From Selaginella moellendorffii (Eukaryota > Plantae > Lycopodiophyta), in contig NW_003314284.1 of the NCBI RefSeq assembly GCF_000143415.4, positions 1,745,715 through 1,809,714 on the forward strand: DNA of 64,000 bases, in the 5' to 3' direction. Every line of letters starts with the position of its first letter. Position 1 is the first letter of the stretch. The translations under genes and the position numbers were made by a program. The notes beneath the pieces were generated by a model. That model was given only the letters and a program-made list of their open reading frames with translations. It was not told where the DNA came from and did no database searches. Positions 55,971 through 64,000 of the stretch are shown piece by piece.

Positions 55971-56548
55971 GACGAAGAAGAAGAGGGGCGCGAGAGAAGC
56001 TCACTTTCGAGCTTTAAAAGCTCGTTAAAGGCGCGAGTATGGAGTACCAGGTTCGCCAGTTTATCTCTTTCCATCTATCTCAAAGCGGTACGCTGTCTAA
56101 CAGGAAATCACATCTGAGATGGCTTTCTTTTTTATCCTGTGGCGAGAGAGTTTAAAGTACGTCCCGGCAGCAACATAGGTACGTGATGCCAGGCCCAGCA
56201 AAGTGCTAAAGCCTAGATCTCCTCTTTTTCTTTCGTGGCAAGTGTCCCAGGAACATATGAAAAGTGGAGGCTTTTAAGCACTCCACGGACCAAGCGATCC
56301 CCTCGTGAACGCAAGGTACCTTGAAAATCTCCTTGATTCGTTACCACTTTCTTCTCTTATTTATTTTCTCCCCAGGATGGAACAATCGCGATCCCGTGAT
56401 CAAGCCAGAAAGATTGAAAAGGCCAAAAGTTGGAGCTCCGCTCCATGGATGGAGCAATGCCACTCTTTTATATCGTACGGACGAAGGAATGGTGATTAGC
56501 CAGAAAAATATCTCGAGCCACATGACAAAAACGGTGGAATATTCGTCG

Positions 56549-56550
<2 letters not shown>

Positions 56551-56578
<28 letters not shown>
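56551..56578. repeat. (CT)14 microsatellite
   Basis: Perfect CT run upstream of the TIGR01589 gene. Confidence 0.9.
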
Positions 56579-56581
<3 letters not shown>

Positions 56582-57533
56582 ATTTTTCTCTCTCGCCATG
56601 CAAGACGAAGAGGCGGAGGAAGAAGGGAAAGAATGGCGGCCCAGCTGGGCAGGGCGGCGCTTTCGGGCGATTCGCGGAGGAAGGAAGCGGCCAGCGAAAT
56701 GGTATGGCCGCCGCGCCGCTGCTGCTGCTAGCGATGGATTGATTGAGCGAGTGATTGATTGATTGCAATGTGGGCTTCCTGGCGCTCCCTGGCTGCCTGG
56801 CCGCTGCGTAATTTCTCGTCGCTTGGGCGGTAGCGATCGAAAGGGTGGGCGATGGGCAGCGTCAGATAGAATTAGGTCTCTTTCTCTTTGCGATAGCGTT
56901 TTTCCTTTTCTCTCTGGGCCTTTGGAAGCATTTTTCCTTGTTTGCTTGTGTGGTGTGTGTGTGTTTTTTGTTTTTTTTTTTTTGTTTTCTCCTCTTGCCT
57001 TGCGTGTCTTTAGACTCTGCGTTCTTACACTCTGTGCGTGTGGCATTGAGAATTTTTGTCCATTTGTTTGGTACTTCCTGTTCTTCCGTTCTGCTGTGCA
57101 CGGGGTTCTTAAATTCTTTGGCTCCACACATCTTTGGTTGCCGTGATTTTAGCGAACTTCTTCTCGTTTGAAAAAAAAAAGAAGAGCTTTGTTTTCTTGT
57201 TTCTATCGACCTCATGCTTACTTGCGATGTGTTTAACTCGGACTTTTCCTTTTTGCTGTGTCCAGGAGCATTACGGAACTTAGATGATGAGTAGTGGGCA
57301 TTCCAGTGGTGTCCAGACTCAGCTCGAGAATTACGGAGGTTAGTACATTGTAGGCTAGAGTACATATAGTGGGCCGGATGGCATAGGATAGAATTCTAGG
57401 CTCGTGGATCTGGAGGCTCCCGGATTGTTTTTTTTTCTCCAGTTTCCTCTCGGACTGGAGATTTGAGCAGGGGGGTGTCTAGAATGTAGATTCTACAGGA
57501 AACTAGGGGCTAGAGTTTGTCTCGTGATATTCC

Positions 57534-59071
57534 ATGCCGCAGCAGGCTTCGCAAACTGCAAAGCCGCTTCCTTCTCCTTCTTCCTCACAAGTGCCAGCTC
57601 CGTCTCAGGTACTGCTTCTTTCTGATTTCCTCGAGCTGCTTCGGCCTTTTCATTGATCGGATTCAGCAAAGCGGACGAATTCCATTCTGATATTCGTGAA
57701 TTTTGATTGGTGTAGTCTCCATCGCCTGCACAGCAGCAGCAGCAGCAAGTACCGCACGAAGCCTCGCAGCAAACTCAGCAGGCGAATGCTCCAGCTGGAA
57801 CTGAGAGCTCACCTTCTTCTGCTGCAAACCAAAGTACCGAGGGAAGAAAAATCTCATGCGAAGACATACAATTGGTAGGGACGATCACTTTTGCCCGTGT
57901 AATGGTTCTGATGGAACTTTCAGGTACAAAACCTCATTGAAAGGTGCCTTCAGCTGTACATGAATCAAACCGAGGTTATCAACACTCTCTTGAACCAAGC
58001 AAAGATCGAGCCTGGTTTTACAAGCCTCGGTACGTCAATGCTTTATTCAATTCTTTCTATTTCCTGCCGCAAATCACGCGCTCTATAATTGTTTCAGTTT
58101 GGCAAAAGCTAGAAGAACAAAATCCAGATTTTTTCAAGGCTTACTACGCCAGGCTCAAGCTGAAGAAGCACATCATGACTTTCAATCATTTGCTCGAGCA
58201 GCAGGTCCATCTGATGCAAAAGATGCGAATTATTCCAACAAAAGTTCCAATGCCGCATCCCAGCAATGGCATGCACCACGCAAGTAAGCCTCTGGGTTGA
58301 ATTGAAGCTGGTCACTGACGTATACTTTCGTTGCAAACTTGAAGTGGGACAGGTGCCGATGGGGTATCCAGTTCCTCCACTGACTGGTGATATGCCCGCT
58401 CCACCAATGCCTATAGTAACCGGTGGCAATCCACTAGCTGAGAACTTTCACGAAAGCCCAGGATCCAGGTAGCTTTCGGGTTTAAGAATCCTAGCAAGTC
58501 GTTTGATACGTTTCTTTCTTGCAGTGCAATGGATTCAATCATGCAAACAGGTGATATTCCCGGTTCGGGAGGTGCCAACGGCGCAAACTTCCCGTTTGGA
58601 GGCATTACTGATATGTCCGGGATGGTTTTGGACACGCCGTTTGTGTCGCATGAGCCTCACTCTCACGAGCACAACTCTCAGAATGGGATTGTGTCGTTTG
58701 ACGGTGGAGAAGAAGATGGCCACAACTCAAGGGAGTCGCTTGGAACGCTTGGCCATCTTCCGAGGAACTTTAGCTTGTCGGATCTCGCCGCGGAGCTGGG
58801 AGCGAGTTCTGGTACGTAGATATGTTTCTTTTCTCCTCGGTTTTGAGGTGCGCTGTTGATCCAGATCTAGGAGCGCTTGGAGGCTACTCTTCCCCGTTCA
58901 TGAGCCCCGAGACTGAGTCATATTTGCAATCTCCCGACAAGCACGATATCGGTGAGCTCCAGCCTCGACCTTTCTCTTTCGTTCCTAAACTCGTTTGCCT
59001 GTGCAGCAAATTGCGTCTTTTCAGAGGATGACAAGCTACTGGATAGTTTGGACTTTGGAGATTTGAAGTAG
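57534..59071 (+). CDS. Plant-specific TIGR01589 (A_thal_3526) domain protein, multi-exon
   Basis: SCEDIQL|VQNLIERCLQLYMNQTEVINTL..EPGFTSL|VWQKLEEQNPDFFKAYY; C-terminal LPRNFSLSDLAAE. Confidence 0.88.
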
Positions 59072-59341
59072 CCGACGTGTTGCTCCGATTGCGGACGACC
59101 ACCAAGTAGATGATTTGATGTGCGATTTTTTTGTGCCAGAGCGATTGAGAACCAGGACCAGAGGTCGGTTTTTTTTTCGCATTTTGGCATTCCCAACTTT
59201 CCAAAGAGGTCAAATCCTTACGTCGCAAAGTTGTCATGGTTTTATTCTTTGTCCTCGTTTTATTCTGTTGGATACCATCGCCTGGAGACTGATGCCTAGA
59301 GGTCGCGTGACTGCCGTCTGCAGGCCATTTTTTCCTTTTTT

Positions 59342-59441
59342 NNNNNNNNNNNNNNNNNNNNNNNNNNNNNNNNNNNNNNNNNNNNNNNNNNNNNNNNNNN
59401 NNNNNNNNNNNNNNNNNNNNNNNNNNNNNNNNNNNNNNNNN
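59342..59441. other. Assembly gap (100 N)
   Basis: Run of exactly 100 N. Confidence 1.
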
Positions 59442-59471
59442 AACTATCAGTGTTAAAAGCTTAACGTTTCC

Positions 59472-61457
59472 TTACTTTGATGTCTTCCACGAACGATGGA
59501 AACCCTCCGATGGACATGAAAGTGAGGAATCCACCAACGTAAGACATGCAAGCGGCTCTTGCCTGGCAAGACGAAAAGGTTTCCAGGAGTTCATAAGTTG
59601 AAAGATGAAAAACTTATGTTGGAGACTTACTGAGATGGAGCCGTAGTCAGTGCCGATTCTAAAGTAGAGTGTACCAATTCCGATGTTGAGGATGACGTAA
59701 ATGGCGAGACGAAGCCAATAGTATCCCATGTCACGCGTCATGTTTTTGAAAGATCGCAGGGTCAGCGTCGCAGCCTGCATGAAGAAGCTGGCGTGACTTC
59801 CTGTCGACTGGAGAACCACGCCTTTCTGGAAGCGAAGACAGCAAAAGTGTTAGCACTTGATCGAGAAAACACGAGCGTTGACAAAAACAGGCATTTATCT
59901 TTTCCTGGTGTTGCTTACAGTTTGGGACACCTCGTGGACTTTGGCCGCCATCATCATCGCGTACCCAGACGATTGGAAGGCCTCGACGAGGATGGCAATG
60001 ACTTTGCTTGTGGAGACCCTGTCGAGAGGATCAGCGTACTCTAGATCCTGGAAAGATTGGAATCATAAGTTTTGGTGAGAGCTTTGGTCGATAAGTGATA
60101 AACCTTGAGTTTGAGTGCTCCTCTGAGAGTTGCCTGGACCCTGTCAAAGTCAGCGTTCACGGCCCGCAAGTAGTGGTCGGATGGATTCCGGAGCTCTGGA
60201 CAAGGAAAACCGGCATCTGCGAAGAACTGAGATAAGAACAAAAAATGAGGTCAGCGGTCAGCTTTCCAGAAAAAAGAACTGTGTAAGTCCACCTCTCGAG
60301 CTCCATATCCATTGCCAAAGTAGATCAATTTTCCCTGAGAGAGCAAGCACAGATTGTCGAAGAGCTCGAAGACTTCGCTGCTGGGCTGGTGAATGGAAGC
60401 AATCACCGTCCGGCCATCTCGTGCCAGATTCTTGAGAGTTTGCGTCACGAAAAACGCTGAAGCACTGCACAAAGTTCAAGAAAAGATCATAGTGATTGCT
60501 AAATCTTAACAATCGAGAGAAGTTGAACTGTTGACATGAACTTACCTGTCCAATCCACTGGTTGGCTCGTCCAGAAAGAGCAGGCGAGGGCGAGTAAGAA
60601 TCTCCAGCGCGATGCTCACCCTTCGCTTCTCTCCGCCGCTCAGTCCCCTCAAGTGCCAGTTCCCAATCGCCGTGTCGGCCGATTCCTGGAGCCCCATCTC
60701 CACAATGGTGCTCTCCACGATCGCCCTCTTCTTGCTCGCCGGCATTCGATCGGGAAGCCGCAGGTTTGCCGAGAAGGCGATGGTTTCTCGCACCGTGAGC
60801 GTTCCAATGAGAGTATCATCTTGTGTAACATACGCCTAAGAGAGAGGAAAGAAAAAACTCTTAGTAATCGTAGTAAGTTTTCTTTTGGAAGAACAAGAAA
60901 GTGTTCTTCCACCACCATACCGCTACTCCATAAGAGAGCTGCTTCTTTCGACCATTGAGAAAGATCTCTCCCGTGAGAGTGGTGTTCTTAGCGAGTCTGC
61001 CTGTCGATCGATCGCAAGAGAAAAAATCAAATAAGATCCTTCTTTGGAAGAACTTACCGGCAAGAGTATCGAGGAGCGTCGACTTGCCCGATCCCGACGG
61101 CCCCATGATCGCGGTGATATTCCCCGGCTCGGCATAGCCGGAGAGGCGGTGGAGCAGCACCTGGACATCGCCCCGGGCATTACTTGCCGTCACAAACAAA
61201 TCCCTCCACGCCAGCCTCGCCGACACATCCATCGCCTCCGGCACAATCCCACCATCGCCGCCGCCGCCGCCAGGGATCGTCTTCCACAGCGCGTGGCTCA
61301 GCGGGCTCAAACCCCCTACTGCCACATTGCTCGATCGCGCAACGCAAGAATCCATGCCGATCGGTGGCCCGGTCGATCGCGCGCCTTGATTATGCGTGGA
61401 TCGCTCGATATTTCGACCGATCCTAGCGCTAGCGCTGCTGGGCGGCGATCGTCCCAT
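59472..61457 (-). CDS. ABCG: ABCG half-transporter (ABCG11/WBC-like), 3' part lost in gap
   Basis: [85 protein letters not shown]. The start could be the ATG at ~61355. Confidence 0.93.
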
Positions 61458-61803
61458 CCATGGAGAAGGGAATGACAAGAAAGAAGCCTCGAGAAGAGGG
61501 AGACCTTGCGCTAACTAAACTACCTCGCCCATAAGTCCCGGGGTTTAGTGGTTTGGCATGTCACGTCCATCCAATCAAGGCTATAACATGGCGGCGCTCA
61601 AGGGAGGACGTGTAAGAATGTTCTTCACTCTGGTTTTTTACCGGCTTACTTTGATTTTTCTACCTGGAACTTTGACCCGGGGTTTAATTCAGGGTTTTGG
61701 ACGGACATTAGGTTTCTCTTGAGATAAATAATTTTTTTTCCCTTTGCTTCTCGCAAGAACCCTAAGCGCCGGGAGACGACGGCGCCTCGCCGCGGGATGA
61801 GCA

Positions 61804-64000
61804 ATGGACGATTTCAGTGATTTCGAGGCCGACGGTGGATTCAAGCGCAAGCGCCTGCTCGTAGGAGATACTGTCGAGGTGAGTGACGATCTTCCGGCTT
61901 CCTTGCTGCAGTGCTGTGCTCCGTCTGTGCTTGGTCGAGGCGAACCCTGCGAATTCTCGCAGATCACTGCTTCCTTGTGTCTTGCTGTGCTCGATTGCTG
62001 CTGCCCGATTTACATTTTTCTTTTCCTTTTGCTCAGCTCCTTGTCTTGGAGCTACGGGCTTCTACAATTGCTGTGAGTTTTAAGCAAGAGGACTAATGTG
62101 ATCTTGGCTTCCAGGTCTTGCAAGTTCTCGAGACATTGCGAGGTGCTTGGGTCCCGGCCGAGGTGGTACAAGTGAGGCCAGGACGCCGTGTTGTGAGGTA
62201 CGAGGACAATGCCGAAGACTTAGAGTCCATTCCAATCTCCGAGTGCATAGATGGCGAAGACGTGGTGCCACCCCACAAGCGAGTCCGCTTGCGTATCAGG
62301 CCAGTGCCGCAGGCCCTCTCTTCCACCATCTCGCTGTGGAAGAAGGGGACTTATGTGGATGCGTTCCACAGGGAGGCATGGTGGGAGGCAATTCTTCTGC
62401 AAGACACGTCCGGCCACGACTCAACGGTGCTCACCAGAGTTTTCTCTCCGCCGGAAGGGTTTGAGCTCCAGGTGCCGCTGGGAAGGCTCAGGATCTCGCA
62501 AGAGTGGGACGAGTGGACAAACTCTTGGTATGTCCGGGGTCAGATGGATCACAGGCTTGAGAAGTGCACGGTGGTGAGGAAGGAGGCCGATCTCGAGGAG
62601 AATGTTTCGGTTGCTTCGAAGAGGAAAATGTTGCTTGCTACTGGCTCCATCCAGGCTGCCGACACGCCGCCCAAGCATCCCGTGGTTGTGGAGTCACACC
62701 TCGTCCAAGCGATGCCGATGCCGATCCCGATCCCGATCCAGAGGAAGAAGTTTACCATGGCTCCAAGGATAAGTTGCCGCTCAAAGTCCACCTCCGATGA
62801 TGAGGAGGATTTTTCGGAGGAAAGCGAAGGCAGCAGGGACAGTGATGCTGTTACCCCGGTGTCTCGGAGCAGGAACGCATCGAAAGCTTCAACGGACAGC
62901 ATAAAAGGCATTCTGATGAACTCGGGATGGGTGCTCAACTCCAAACTTCGTCCCGGGACGCAGAGGAAGGATACGTTCTATCTGTCGCCGGAGGGCAAGT
63001 GTTACAGAACACTCCCTGCGGCATGCAAGGAATGGAGTCGGACGCATCCCCTGTGCAAAAGGACTTCGCAGCTCGAGCTCCTGATGCACGACAAGGCGAA
63101 GAAGTGTTCTGACAGCTTTGAATTGCCTGTGGATGACAACGGCAAGCCAAAGAAAAGAAAGGTGACGCTGGACACACCAGACAGCGTGAAGAGGAGAAAG
63201 CACGAGCTGATGGGTGCGTCCGAAAATCTGAGACCAAATAGCGTATCGAAAATGAAGGACAAGAACCTCCGTGCCCGGATGGAGATTGTTCTTCACGACG
63301 TGACCAAGTACGAGGCGAAACGAACTATCTTATCCTGGTTATTAGAGACGAAGATGCTTCACGAGTTTCAGAAGGTTTCGTATGTGGACAAGAAGACTAG
63401 ACAAGTCCTGCTGGAGGGGATTGTGAGGTTCGAAGGCATCGTCTGCTCTTGCTGCAAGAAGCTGTGGAGCCTTTCCGGTTTTGAAGCTCATTCTGGGACT
63501 AGTCAGCGACGAGCTTGTGCGAGCATCTTCAATAACAAAGGGGAGTCACTTTTGGATCTACAGGTGCAGGCATGGGAATTGCTGGACTCAAAAGTAAACC
63601 CGAAGGAAAACGTCAAGGCAGCTCCTTCTGATGAGAACGATGATGCCTGTGGCGTCTGTGGCGATGGAGGACGGCTTATTTGCTGCGATCATTGTCCATC
63701 CACTTATCATTTAAGCTGCTTGCTGCTTAAGGTATGACGACTCTCTAGACGCTGTTTTTTTTTTCTCATTCACTTGTTTTGGTGCAGGAACTCCCTGAAG
63801 GCGAATGGTTCTGTCCTAGTTGTCGGTGTGCGATATGTGGAGGCAGCGAGTACAACGCAGATGGAAGTTCTTTCAACGAAATGACCGTTCTTCTCTGTGA
63901 TCAATGTGAACGTGAATGTAAGTGCTTTCAAATTCTACTGGGTTCGATTGACAGTATACTTGTTTCAGACCATGTTTCTTGCTTATATTCAAGAGGCATG
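61804..64000 (+). CDS. Agenet/Tudor + PHD chromatin protein, IDM1-like (runs off right edge)
   Basis: [87 protein letters not shown]. Confidence 0.88.

Noticed and set aside
56250-57500. ORFs and possible uORFs upstream of the TIGR01589 gene
   Set aside because: T/C-rich leader-intron-like sequence explains the hydrophobic and Lys-rich ORFs; I recognise no conserved peptide.

Overview
Eukaryotic land-plant nuclear DNA, most likely the lycophyte Selaginella (inference from 40-70 bp GT-AG introns, GC-rich exons, very short intergenic spaces, many intronless PPR genes and a DYW:WW-type editing factor). The window has two compartments. (1) About 0.5-14.8 kb is AT-rich and decayed. It holds one intact, very AT-rich secreted protein with a bulb-type lectin domain, a fossil hAT transposase split by an insertion, and intron-retaining pseudogene fragments (DUF2358, AP-5 zeta, GH27 alpha-galactosidase, cytosolic PGI). 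It also holds a complete, young 559-bp Cassandra-type TRIM whose identical LTRs carry 5S rRNA sequence. (2) About 15-64 kb is very gene-dense: a divergent AUX1/LAX, six more PPR genes, three tRNAs, a SAC51-like bHLH with a spliced conserved uORF, PFK, PPTase, AAP, TruA, a stand-alone RNase H, a MIP1 leucine-zipper protein, a TMEM144-like protein, DnaJ, an XLG-zinc-finger-only protein, NPH3/BTB, COP1-like, TIGR01589, ABCG (cut by a gap) and IDM1-like (cut by the window end). The best leads are the AT-rich chimeric lectin, the solo RNase H between two PPR genes, the SACL uORF that is invisible on the ORF track, near-operon gene packing (13-58 bp stop-to-ATG gaps, co-oriented tRNAs), and the Cassandra element. 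All identifications come from manual translation and recalled family motifs. No database search was run, and multi-exon gene coordinates are outer bounds.
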